32,000 nt of DNA, taken from assembly GCA_031362865.1 (NCBI GenBank), contig JANLTH010000107.1:33033-65032 (forward strand), given 5' to 3'. A program made the translations under genes and the position numbers. Position 1 is the first letter of the stretch. Each line of letters begins with the position of its first letter. This stretch comes from Burkholderiales bacterium. Lineage in GTDB: Bacteria; Pseudomonadota; Gammaproteobacteria; Burkholderiales; JAEUOS01. The notes below the pieces were generated by a model. It ran no database searches. It had not been told where the DNA came from and saw only the letters and a list, made by a program, of their open reading frames with translations. This document shows, piece by piece, positions 9,430 to 18,210 of this stretch.

Positions 9430-10197
9430 ATGATTATTCTCACGCGCCCGCAGGCAGACGCGGCGCAAACGGCGGTTCGCTTGGGGCAAGCTGGATTTGC
9501 GTGCACCGCGCTGCCCTTGCTCGAAGTGGGCGCGCTCACCGACCCCGGCGAGCAAACATTGCTGCACCAGGTGCTGGCGCGGCTTGCGGCGTTTGCTGGC
9601 ATCATTTTTGTGAGCCCCAACGCGGTGCGCCTCGGGCTTGCCGACTTGGCCCAGTGGCCTGCTAACACCACGGCCTATGCGGTGGGCGAGGGCACGGCTG
9701 CGACGTTGCGCGCGCGTGGTATCGCTGCCATTACGGCTGATGGCGCAGGTGGCAGCGAAGCGCTGTACCAGCGCATGCGGGCCGATTCGCTGTTTGGCAA
9801 ACACTTTTTGCTCCTGCGTGGGCCAGACGGGCGCGCCTGGCTTGCTGATTCACTACGCGGCGCTGGTACAAGCGTGACCTTGCTCAAGTGCTACGAGCGC
9901 CGCGCCGCCGCGCCCACTGCCTCGCAGTGGCAAGCGCTTTGGGTGGCGCAGCCGACGGGTTGGTCACTCACCAGCTCAGAGGCGGTGCGCCACTTGGGTG
10001 CGCTGCTGGCTGGGTTACCCGCGACCGAGAGCACGAAGCTATCGTGCCTTCCCGCCTGGGTGTCGCACCCGCGCATCGCCACTGCTGCCCGCGCGGCAGG
10101 CTTTACCGACATTCGCTTGACGCAGCCGGGCGATCAAGGTCTGATTGACGCTTTGCGTGCCGCTGCTGCTGGCCTCGCCGATTCTTCCTCCCCATGA
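9430..10197 (+). CDS. hemD: Uroporphyrinogen-III synthase
   Basis: Lies immediately after hemC. The N-terminus MIILTRP... is typical of HemD, and length (~255 aa) and operon context fit. The ORF-track start at 9190 would overlap hemC by 227 nt, so ATG 9430 is preferred. Confidence 0.8.
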   Translation: MIILTRPQADAAQTAVRLGQAGFACTALPLLEVGALTDPGEQTLLHQVLARLAAFAGIIFVSPNAVRLGLADLAQWPANTTAYAVGEGTAATLRARGIAAITADGAGGSEALYQRMRADSLFGKHFLLLRGPDGRAWLADSLRGAGTSVTLLKCYERRAAAPTASQWQALWVAQPTGWSLTSSEAVRHLGALLAGLPATESTKLSCLPAWVSHPRIATAARAAGFTDIRLTQPGDQGLIDALRAAAAGLADSSSP

Positions 10198-11327
10198 CCG
10201 CCTCAGCTTCTGACCCGGCTTCTGACTCAGCTACCGCTGCCGCAACTGCACCTGCTGCGCTAGCGCAGCAGGTGGTGGCCCGCGCCCCTTCGGGGGCGGC
10301 ACGGCTTGGACTGCAGGGTTGTATCATCATTGTGCGGGCCCTGCTGCTCGATTTGCACTGGGCCAGCACACAACGCGATATCCGTAATCTGCAACGGCAG
10401 TTGGCCGAGCGCCTGCGCAGTGGTGATGCGATCAATAGCGAGGCACGCATGTTGGCTCGCGAAGCGCAGGAGCGGGTGCGCGAGGCCACCACCAAGCTGG
10501 CCCTGCTCGAGGCCAAGCTGACCGAGTCGCAAAGCCAGCAAGCGGCGCTCGAACAGCTCTATCAGTCGCTGGCGCGCAACCGTGACGAGTGGGCGCTCTC
10601 TGAAATCGAACAGGTGCTTACCGTCGCTTCGCAGCAGCTGCAACTTGCCGGCAACGTACCGGGCGCGGTGATCGCGCTGCAAAACGCCGATTCCAGGCTC
10701 GCACGCGGCGACCGCGCCCAGTTCATCGCGGTGCGCAAGGCATTGCAAATGGACTTGGAGCGCCTGAAAGCCTTGCCCTACGTCGATGTGCCGGGGATGG
10801 CATTGAAACTGGACGCAATGATTCTCGCGGTTGACAGCTTGCCCTTGATCTTTGACGAACGCTTAGGCGCAGGCGAAGCGCTGGGCACGCCCACCGGCGA
10901 GAAGGGCGGCGCTGACGAAAAAACCTGGCTGGGCAAACTGTTTGGCGAAACCTGGAGCGAGATGAAGCAACTCATTCGGGTGCGCGACATGTCCGGCTCT
11001 GAGCCGGTGGTTTTGCCGCCCACGCAAACCTTCTTCCTGCGGGAAAATCTCAAGCTGCGTTTGCTCAACGCCCGCATCGCGCTGATGCAGCGCAACGAAA
11101 CGGCGTTTCGTGCCGATCTGCTGGCCGCGCAAAACTGGCTGGGCAAGCATTACGACCTGCGCGCCAAATCCACGGTGAATGCGGTGGCGGTACTCAAAGG
11201 GCTTTCGGCCAGCGCACTCGCCATTGAGTTACCGACCTTGGCGGACAGCCTGAACGCGGTGCGCAATTTTCGCGCCGCCCGCGAAGTGGCTCCGGGCGCC
11301 GGGTCCGCCACTGCGCCGCGCCGCTAG
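10194..11327 (+). CDS. hemX: HemX-family protein (often annotated uroporphyrinogen-III C-methyltransferase)
   Basis: ATGA overlap with the hemD stop. It has an N-terminal membrane segment followed by a long coiled-coil region, as in HemX, and sits in the conserved hemCDXY position. Confidence 0.7.
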   Translation: MTASASDPASDSATAAATAPAALAQQVVARAPSGAARLGLQGCIIIVRALLLDLHWASTQRDIRNLQRQLAERLRSGDAINSEARMLAREAQERVREATTKLALLEAKLTESQSQQAALEQLYQSLARNRDEWALSEIEQVLTVASQQLQLAGNVPGAVIALQNADSRLARGDRAQFIAVRKALQMDLERLKALPYVDVPGMALKLDAMILAVDSLPLIFDERLGAGEALGTPTGEKGGADEKTWLGKLFGETWSEMKQLIRVRDMSGSEPVVLPPTQTFFLRENLKLRLLNARIALMQRNETAFRADLLAAQNWLGKHYDLRAKSTVNAVAVLKGLSASALAIELPTLADSLNAVRNFRAAREVAPGAGSATAPRR

Positions 11328-11341
11328 CGCGCCCCTTCGCC

Positions 11342-11761
11342 ATGCGTGGGCTCTTTTGGATTCTCGGTCTTTTTGCGGTAGCGGTCGGCCTCTCGCTGGT
11401 CGCGCGCTACAACGAGGGTTACGTGCTGTTCTTTTATCCGCCGTATCGGATCGAGCTGTCGCTGACTCTGTTTGTTTTGGTGTTGTTGGTGCTGCTCATG
11501 CTGCTTTACGGCATCGGGCACTTGTTCCATTTGCTGATTAATTTCCCTGACCGCGTGCGCGCCTATCGTGCCGCCCAAAGCCGCAAGCAGGGTAAGGCCG
11601 CGTTTGCCGCCGCCGTGATTGCGCAGGTAGAAGGGCGCTTCGAGGACGCGAAGCGCGAAGCGGAAGCAGCGCTCGCCGCCGGGGAGCAAGTTGAATTGGC
11701 AACACGGATTCGGGATGCTGTGTCCATTTCGCAGTCCGGTCAGGCCCCGAGCCCGACTTAG
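11342..11761 (+). CDS. hemY: HemY N-terminal domain protein; appears truncated (139 aa versus the ~400 aa expected)
   Basis: Two N-terminal TM helices and the start of the helical region (RVRAYRAAQSRKQGKAAFAAAVIAQVEGRFEDAKREAEAAL) match the HemY_N architecture. No TPR-rich C-terminal part follows, and the next gene starts 33 nt later. Confidence 0.6.
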   Translation: MRGLFWILGLFAVAVGLSLVARYNEGYVLFFYPPYRIELSLTLFVLVLLVLLMLLYGIGHLFHLLINFPDRVRAYRAAQSRKQGKAAFAAAVIAQVEGRFEDAKREAEAALAAGEQVELATRIRDAVSISQSGQAPSPT

Positions 11762-11793
11762 CTTCGTCTTGCGTCATTCCGAAAAGGTTTCCC

Positions 11794-12699
11794 ATGCCCG
11801 CCGCCGAATCCATCGACTTGGTCCGCATTCAATTCAATCCGGCTGGCTTGCTGGTCTTGAATGCGGTGCTGGCGCTACTCATGTTTGGCATTGCGCTCGA
11901 AGTGCGCTTGGCCGACTTCAAGGCCTTGCTCAAGCGCCCACGCGCGTTTGTGGTGGCGCTCAGTTGCCAATATCTGCTCATGCCGCTCCTGGCATTGGGC
12001 GTGATTGCGCTGCTGCAGCCGCCGCCGTCAGTGGCTTTGGGGATGATTCTGGTGGCGGCCTGCCCGTCGGGCAATCTCTCCAATTATTTGACCCATATCG
12101 CGCACGGCAATACGGCTCTTTCGGTGGGCATCACCTCGCTCTCGACCATTGCCGCGATCATTCTCACCCCAACCATGCTGGGCTTTTTCGGCAGCCTCTC
12201 GCCAACTACCGCACCTTTGATTCAGTCCATCGTGGTGGACCCGTGGCGGATGGCGTTTGACGTCGGTTTGGTGATTGGCGTGCCCCTGGCGGTGGGCATG
12301 CTGGTGGCACTACGCAAACCTGACTTTGCGGCGCGTTATGCCAAGCGGATTCAAATGAGCGCCTTCGTTTTGCTGATCGCCTTTGTGGTGATCGGCTCGC
12401 TAGGCAATTTCGCCACCTATCAAAAGTACCTTTGGCTGGTCTTCTGGATTGTGCTCTTGGGCGATGTGCTGGCCTTCACGCTCGCCTATTCGCTCGGCTG
12501 GGCGACACGCTTGCCTGAAACTGATCGCCGCGCGCTGGCGTTTGAAACCGGCAAGCGCAATACCGGCTTGGGGCTGGTGCTGGTGTTCGGGTTTTTTGAT
12601 GGGCTAGGTGGCATGGCGCTGGTGGCGGCTTGGTGGGGCACCTGGGACATTGTGATGGGCACGGCGCTGGCCCATTGGTGGAAAAAGCGGCCCTTGTAG
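11794..12699 (+). CDS. Bile acid:sodium symporter (BASS/SBF) family transporter
   Basis: 301-aa polytopic membrane protein with an SBF-like core (LVAACPSGNLSNYLTHIAHGNTALSV). Confidence 0.8.
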   Translation: MPAAESIDLVRIQFNPAGLLVLNAVLALLMFGIALEVRLADFKALLKRPRAFVVALSCQYLLMPLLALGVIALLQPPPSVALGMILVAACPSGNLSNYLTHIAHGNTALSVGITSLSTIAAIILTPTMLGFFGSLSPTTAPLIQSIVVDPWRMAFDVGLVIGVPLAVGMLVALRKPDFAARYAKRIQMSAFVLLIAFVVIGSLGNFATYQKYLWLVFWIVLLGDVLAFTLAYSLGWATRLPETDRRALAFETGKRNTGLGLVLVFGFFDGLGGMALVAAWWGTWDIVMGTALAHWWKKRPL

Positions 12700-12818
12700 C
12701 TGGCCTGCATCTGCGCCGCGGCAGACTGCGTACACTATAGACACCCCGCGCCTGACCGTAGCAGTCGAGTGCGGCCGTGACCTTCACAACCTGTCATCCG
12801 CCCGGGAGAGCCACCGCC

Positions 12819-13820
12819 ATGAAATACCCTTTGTTATCCGCCGTCACACTCAGCCTTGCAGCAAGTTTTCTGCCCACACTGGCGCATGCGCAAGCCTCGC
12901 CACCAGAGGCGCAGGTCAACGCGCTGGAAGGATTGTTTGGCAAGCAGCCGTCGTTCCGGCGCTCGCACGCCGCAGGTCTTTGCGCCAGCGGGCATTTCAT
13001 TGGGAATGCGGAGGGTCGAGCGCTCTCCAGCGCCACGGTATTTGGTGGTGACAAGGTTCCGGTGGTTGCGCGGTTCTCGCTGGGCGGCGGTAATCCCAAA
13101 GCTTCCGACAAAAGCAGATCTGCGCGCGGCCTTGCGCTTCAGTTCAGCGCGCCGAATAGCGAAACCTGGCTGATGGCCAACATCTCAACGCCGATGTTTT
13201 TTGTGAGCAAGCCGGAGCAATTCGCTCCGTTTTTGCAGGCGCGTTCGGCTGACCCAGCTACTGGAAAACCAGATCCGGAAAAACTCAAGGCCTTTAATGC
13301 GGCCAACCCAGAGACCATGTTGCAAGGCGCGTACTTGGCCAAGGCGCCAATACCAGCGAGCTATGCCGGAGTCAACTACTGGGGCATCAACGCATTCGAA
13401 TTTGTCAATGCAAAAAACGAGAGCCGCTTCGTCCGGTGGCAGTTCTCGCCGGCGGCGGGCGAGCTGGGCTTGTCGGACGAGCAGTTGAAGACCATGCCAG
13501 ACACTTTTCTCGCTGATGAGCTGCGCAAGCGAGTGGCGGCAGCGCCAGTGTCGTTTGACTTCAAAGTACAACTGGCGGAGAAAGACGATCAACTCACCGA
13601 CCCTACCAAGGTCTGGCCCGACAGTCGTAAAGTGATTACTGTCGGCAGGCTGGTTATCGACAAGGTAGAGCCTGGTGTCGAGACCGCCTGTGTCGGCATC
13701 ACCTTTAACCCGCTGGTCTTGCCAAAGGGAATCAAACCATCGTCCGATCCGGTATTGATGGCGCGCCCGACACCCTATGCGATCTCGTTGGGTCGCCGGC
13801 TGACGGAAACCGCCAAGTAG
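12819..13820 (+). CDS. Secreted catalase-related haem protein (small catalase-family peroxidase)
   Basis: Signal peptide MKYPLLSAVTLSLAASFLPTLAHAQA and a catalase-core-like distal region (FRRSHAAGLCASGHF). A proximal Tyr context is present (RPTPYAISLGRR). GGGAGAG Shine-Dalgarno precedes ATG 12819; the ORF-track start 12777 is less likely. Confidence 0.75.
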   Translation: MKYPLLSAVTLSLAASFLPTLAHAQASPPEAQVNALEGLFGKQPSFRRSHAAGLCASGHFIGNAEGRALSSATVFGGDKVPVVARFSLGGGNPKASDKSRSARGLALQFSAPNSETWLMANISTPMFFVSKPEQFAPFLQARSADPATGKPDPEKLKAFNAANPETMLQGAYLAKAPIPASYAGVNYWGINAFEFVNAKNESRFVRWQFSPAAGELGLSDEQLKTMPDTFLADELRKRVAAAPVSFDFKVQLAEKDDQLTDPTKVWPDSRKVITVGRLVIDKVEPGVETACVGITFNPLVLPKGIKPSSDPVLMARPTPYAISLGRRLTETAK

Positions 13821-13848
13821 GGCACGCGATTGGTGCTATCGATTGCCT

Positions 13849-13875
13849 GAAGAAGCCCGTCCATTGGGCTTCTTC
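13849..13875. terminator. Bidirectional stem-loop between convergent genes
   Basis: GAAGAAGCCC-gtccatt-GGGCTTCTTC, a 10-bp perfect stem. It lies between the catalase-like stop (13820) and the acyl-CoA synthetase stop (13887). Confidence 0.6.
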
Positions 13876-13886
13876 GGGCATTTCTC

Positions 13887-15458
13887 TCAGACTTTTCGAG
13901 TCTGCCCGACCCAGTAAGTGTCGCGCAGTTTGCGCTTGAAAATTTTGCCGCTGTCTTCGCGCGGCAAGTGGGCGCGCAACTCAACTTTGCGCGGCACTTT
14001 GTAGCCGGCGATCCGTGCTGCAAGCCAGGTGCGAATCGCTTCGGGCGACAATGCTGTCCCCTCGCGCAGTTGTACGCACGCGAGCAAAGATTCACCCATT
14101 TCAGCATCTGGAATGCCGAACACGGCGCAGTCAGCCACGCCGGGCATGCCGATCAGCACGGCCTCAATTTCGGCCGGGTAAATATTGACCCCACCCGAAA
14201 TCACCATGTCGCTCTTGCGGTCGGTGATGAAGAGGTAGCCTTCGGCATCGAGATAGCCCATGTCGCCCACGCACAGCAGCTCGCCACTTTTCAACTTGCT
14301 CGTGGCATCCGGGTTGTTGAGATATTCGACCCGGCCATAGGCGGGCTGGCAGCACCAAATCGTGCCGACCTCACCCGTGGGCAGCACTAAGCCTGCATCG
14401 TCGCGGATTTCAATCACGGCATCGCCCACGGCGCGCCCGGCGCTGCCTGGTTTGCGCGCGGCTTCAGCCGAAGAAATTTTGGTGATGTAGCCCGACTCTG
14501 AAGAGGCATAGCCTTCATTGACGATGGGCCCCATCCACTCGACCATTGCGCGCTTGACTTCAGGCGCGCACGGGCTGCCGGTAGAGCCGATGTAGCGCAA
14601 GCTGCTGGTTTCGTAGCGCGTTTTAACCTCTGCCGCCAAGCCCAGCATGCGCACCATCATGGTGGGCACGAGGTAGGCGTGGGTTAAGCGGTGCTCTGCG
14701 ATCAGCGCCAGCGTGCGCTCGGCATCAAAGCGCGGCTCGAGCACCATCAGCGCATCAGCCTGCTGCATCACCAGTGCACCGTAGCCATTGGGGGCGCTGT
14801 GGTAGAGCGGCGCGGAAAGCAGGCAGCGCATACCCGGCTCAATGCCCAACACGGTGGACGTAATCAACATCGCGCGTTGCGCGGCGGCTGCGGCGTCTTC
14901 AGGGGCGAAAGGCACGCGACGCACGCCCTTGGGCCGCCCGGTGGTGCCCGAGGTGTAAGGCATCATGCCGCGCGCCGGTTGGGGGCTGCCGGTGTGAGGT
15001 GGCTGGGCTGCGAGCCAACTGGGCCAATCGTGCCAATCGTGTCGTAGAGGCATGCCTGAAGAAGCAATCTGGGCGCTCGTTTCCACGGCATCCAGCCGGA
15101 AAGCCTTGACGGTGGCGGCGCTTGGCGGTACGACAATAACAGTCATGCCTTCAGGGATGCCGTCGCGGATTTGCGCCACCAACTCCGCGCCCACAAACAA
15201 CACTTTGGCTGCGCAATCCCGCAAGATGTAGCCTGCTTCGTCGGCCTTGAAGTGCCAGTTCATCGGCACGAAGTAAGCCCCCAGCGGGCGCGAGCCCAGC
15301 ATGATTTCAAGCCACGCGGGCTCGTTGCGCAGCATGACGGCGACCACGTCATTTGCGCCGACACCGAGCGCTGTGAGGCCGCCGCCCACGCGGGCGATGC
15401 GACTCTCGAATTGCGCCGGGCTAATGGTCTGCGTGCCGTGCAGCAAGGTTGCGGTCAT
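13887..15458 (-). CDS. AMP-dependent synthetase/ligase (acyl-CoA synthetase family)
   Basis: AMP-binding signature YTSGTTGRPKGV plus GDMGYLDAEGYLFITDRKSDMVISGGVNIYPAEIE. The start overlaps the upstream gene's stop (ATGA). Confidence 0.9.
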   Translation of the reverse strand: MTATLLHGTQTISPAQFESRIARVGGGLTALGVGANDVVAVMLRNEPAWLEIMLGSRPLGAYFVPMNWHFKADEAGYILRDCAAKVLFVGAELVAQIRDGIPEGMTVIVVPPSAATVKAFRLDAVETSAQIASSGMPLRHDWHDWPSWLAAQPPHTGSPQPARGMMPYTSGTTGRPKGVRRVPFAPEDAAAAAQRAMLITSTVLGIEPGMRCLLSAPLYHSAPNGYGALVMQQADALMVLEPRFDAERTLALIAEHRLTHAYLVPTMMVRMLGLAAEVKTRYETSSLRYIGSTGSPCAPEVKRAMVEWMGPIVNEGYASSESGYITKISSAEAARKPGSAGRAVGDAVIEIRDDAGLVLPTGEVGTIWCCQPAYGRVEYLNNPDATSKLKSGELLCVGDMGYLDAEGYLFITDRKSDMVISGGVNIYPAEIEAVLIGMPGVADCAVFGIPDAEMGESLLACVQLREGTALSPEAIRTWLAARIAGYKVPRKVELRAHLPREDSGKIFKRKLRDTYWVGQTRKV

Positions 15459-17077
15459 GCGACGATCCCATCTGCTGCCACGGCATCGGCCCAGGGTTGG
15501 GCCGCTTCGCTGGCACCGTGGTTGATGCCAGCGAAGCGCATGACGCCAGAAGGGCAGGCAAAACGCAGCGGCATGTGTTGCCGACGCGCCGCCACATAAT
15601 CGAATGACGAGGCAAGCCGGGCTTGGGTTTCGGCAGGCAGGTTAGTGTCGCCGATCAAGATTTTTCCCTCTGAAGCGTCGATGCGAGACGTGTGAAATGC
15701 GCGATCCAAATCCATGCCATAGTCCACGATGAATGAAGTCAGCTGCGCCACCGCTGGCAGGATGCGCCTGCCGCCGGAAGCGCCCAGGCCAAAACGCCGC
15801 CCACTTTGCTCACCCAAAATCGGCGTGTAGTTGGTCAAGCAACGTTTGCCGGGTGCTAGTGAATTAGGCTGACCTGGCTCAGGGTCGAACCACATGATGC
15901 CGTTGTTCATCAGTACGCCTGACGTGGGCAGCACATAGCGCGAGCCGAAGATGGAGAGCAGCGTTTGCGTATTCGAGACCATGTTGCCGTGGCGATCCAC
16001 CACGCAAAAATGGGTAGTGCATTGTGGGGCGCGTTCGTCTTTGAGGGGCGCAGCGCCAAGCGTGCGTGCGCCATCAACATCGCCCATCTCGCTTAAGCGT
16101 GCGGCGTAGGCTTCCTGGAGGGCCCGCCCGTAGGCGGCATAGGCGGCGGCATCAGGTGCATCGCCCCGCTGTGGGTTATCGGGCTGCCAAGCGCTCAACT
16201 GCCGCAACGTGTGCGCGAGCGTGGGGCCAGCGGTCAGTTCAGGTGTGGCGAAAATCTGCGCATCACGATACGCAATAACCAGCGGCTCGCGCACCACGGC
16301 GCGGTAGGCGCTCAAATCAGCAACGCTTAAAAATCCGCCGCCCTCCCGCATGTCTTGCGCCAGCACCTGCGCCAGATCGCCGCGATAAAAATCGTCTGCG
16401 CCCCGAGTGGCAACTTGCGCGATTGAATCGGCCAGCGCCCCCAGCGGTACGCGCACCACCGTCTTCACGCCCCAAGCGGCCGTCGGCACTTCGCCGCCTG
16501 GCAGGTAGACCGAGGCGCTGTGCGGGTAGCGCCGCAAATCCGGTGCCCCGGCGGCGATGTTTTCGGTGGTGAACCAATCGACCAGCACGCCTTCTTTTGC
16601 GGCTTGAATGGCCGGTTGCAACAGCTCAGTCCACGGCTTGCTGCCATAGCGCCGATGGAGTTCGCCCATGCCCGCCACCACGCCCGGTACGGCGATTGAC
16701 TTAGGCCCGTGTACATTGCAATCGCCCGCCACCCGTGGCCAGGGGAACAGATCGCCCGATGGCCCGGTGCCCGCGAGCGGGTACGCATCTACTCGCAGCG
16801 AGTCGGGTGCGCGCATGCCATAGTCGATCACTTCGTAGCGCGCCTCACGAGCGCGATACAGCACCATCGCCCCGCCACCGCCCATGCCGCTCATCCAGGG
16901 CTCGAGCGCACCCAGTGCGAACGACACCGCCACGGCTGCATCGGCGGCATCGCCACCGTCGGCCAGCACGGCGGCCCCAATTTCGGCGGCGCGCCGGTGC
17001 TGTGCGGCAACGATGCCATGGGGCGATGAAATTGCGGGTTTGCGCAGCACCTGCGAGGTGCTGAAATTGGTTTGCAT
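15455..17077 (-). CDS. ggt: Gamma-glutamyltransferase family Ntn-hydrolase, apparently without signal peptide
   Basis: GGT family motifs include the nucleophile context QCTTHFCVVDRHGNMVSNTQTLLSIFGS. ATG 17077 is preceded by GGGAGA with 7-nt spacing. The N-terminus MQTNFSTSQVLRKPAISSPHG is not signal-like. Confidence 0.85.
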   Translation of the reverse strand: MQTNFSTSQVLRKPAISSPHGIVAAQHRRAAEIGAAVLADGGDAADAAVAVSFALGALEPWMSGMGGGGAMVLYRAREARYEVIDYGMRAPDSLRVDAYPLAGTGPSGDLFPWPRVAGDCNVHGPKSIAVPGVVAGMGELHRRYGSKPWTELLQPAIQAAKEGVLVDWFTTENIAAGAPDLRRYPHSASVYLPGGEVPTAAWGVKTVVRVPLGALADSIAQVATRGADDFYRGDLAQVLAQDMREGGGFLSVADLSAYRAVVREPLVIAYRDAQIFATPELTAGPTLAHTLRQLSAWQPDNPQRGDAPDAAAYAAYGRALQEAYAARLSEMGDVDGARTLGAAPLKDERAPQCTTHFCVVDRHGNMVSNTQTLLSIFGSRYVLPTSGVLMNNGIMWFDPEPGQPNSLAPGKRCLTNYTPILGEQSGRRFGLGASGGRRILPAVAQLTSFIVDYGMDLDRAFHTSRIDASEGKILIGDTNLPAETQARLASSFDYVAARRQHMPLRFACPSGVMRFAGINHGASEAAQPWADAVAADGIVA

Positions 17078-17198
17078 TGCTTGATCTCCCACAGTGAATG
17101 GCCTTGCAGGATTATCGTGGATGCCACCGTGGCCCGGCGTGCAAATGCGAATGGGCGCTGATGCATCGCGCCCATTCGCCACCACTATCTATGCCGGG

Positions 17199-17828
17199 TT
17201 ACGCCTTCACGGTCGGGTCTTCACGGCGGCGCAATCCAAACACCGCCGCGATCGCCGTTTCCAAGCCGCTCCACACCTTCAAGCGGTCCAGCACCGGATT
17301 CACCAATCCGGTCACTGCGCAGTAGTGGGTATTTTTGCGACCCATGTGGTGCTTGGCATGATGGCGCGGGCTTTGCAGCAGCTTGGTCTTTTGCAACCAG
17401 GTCACCACACGCCCATTTTCACTTGGATTCTGATGCGCCCACTTGTGAATTTGGTTGGCATTGACCGCGACAATCACGAACAGCCATACCTGCCAAGTGA
17501 GCATATCGAGGCCCCATGCGGCGGCCAAAATCACTAGGCCGATCAAGAACAAATCCCACGAACTCTCCCACCAACTGCGCGCAACAAAAGCGCGTGGTTT
17601 GACGTGATGTTCAAGATTGGCCTCACCGATCAGCTTGCCGATGATGGGCGTGTCTTTGCGCGCATAAGCATCTTCTGCCCAATGGATCGCGCCAGACATC
17701 AGGTCGGCAATCACCACCGTTGCAGCCACTTGCATCATGGGTATCATCAAGTTCATCGCCCGCCGGAAATCGTGCTCTGGGAGCGCAGTGCAATGCGCCC
17801 GACACGAGTTTTCCTCTCCCTTTTTCAT
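17199..17828 (-). CDS. CarF/TMEM189-like membrane lipid desaturase family protein (PF10520-like)
   Basis: Small polytopic membrane protein with histidine clusters: IHWAEDAY, EHHVKP, QIHKWAH, RHHAKHH. An alternative start at ATG 17756 (MNLMIP...) is possible. Confidence 0.6.
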   Translation of the reverse strand: MKKGEENSCRAHCTALPEHDFRRAMNLMIPMMQVAATVVIADLMSGAIHWAEDAYARKDTPIIGKLIGEANLEHHVKPRAFVARSWWESSWDLFLIGLVILAAAWGLDMLTWQVWLFVIVAVNANQIHKWAHQNPSENGRVVTWLQKTKLLQSPRHHAKHHMGRKNTHYCAVTGLVNPVLDRLKVWSGLETAIAAVFGLRRREDPTVKA

Positions 17829-17982
17829 GCACGCAGGAAATACTGCGCATGGAGAAAAGTCTGATCTGGCGGTACGTTTTGTGCAAGACTCTGTCGATAG
17901 GTATCGCTAAAAGCTACCGTCGGCGTATTTTCTAGATCAAGCGCCGGTCAGCATCTTGGCAGAAACCGTATCAAGGTTAATC

Positions 17983-18017
17983 AAAAATTGGGCCGAATGG
18001 GAATTTTGGCGGGCCAA
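17983..18017 (-). terminator. Probable intrinsic terminator of tRNA-Thr
   Basis: On the minus strand, directly 3' of the tRNA: TTGGCCCG-N14-CGGCCCAA (8-bp stem, one central mismatch) followed by TTTTT. Confidence 0.45.
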
Positions 18018-18021
18018 GAAT

Positions 18022-18097
18022 TGGTGCCCGTGGACGGAATCGAACCGCCGACCTCTCGCTTACGAAGCGACTGCTCTACCAACTGAGCTACACGGGC
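18022..18097 (-). tRNA. tRNA-Thr (anticodon CGT)
   Basis: The reverse complement folds as a cloverleaf. Acceptor stem is GCCCGTG/CACGGGC, D-arm AGCTCAGTTGGTAGAGC, anticodon loop TTCGTAA, T-arm GGCGGTTCGATTCCGTC, and the encoded 3' end is ACCA. Confidence 0.93.
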
Positions 18098-18210
18098 CGT
18101 GTTGACATGCTGCGCACGCATTTGCTTGCGGACTTGTTCCTTAAGCGTGCAAGCGTGCGGCAAGCCCGTTATTATAGACAATCCAGCCGTAATTTTCTAA
18201 TAGGTGCACC

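Noticed and set aside
17981-18181. 66-aa minus-strand ORF spanning tRNA-Thr
   Set aside because: It is simply a translation of the tRNA gene and its leader, and the tRNA cloverleaf explains the sequence.
18099-18210. Candidate sigma-70 promoters for tRNA-Thr (TATAAT on the minus strand at 18171-18176) and for the hydrolase gene (TTGACA at 18102-18107)
   Set aside because: In each case only one hexamer matches, with no convincing partner at 16-19-nt spacing. The evidence is too weak to list these as features.
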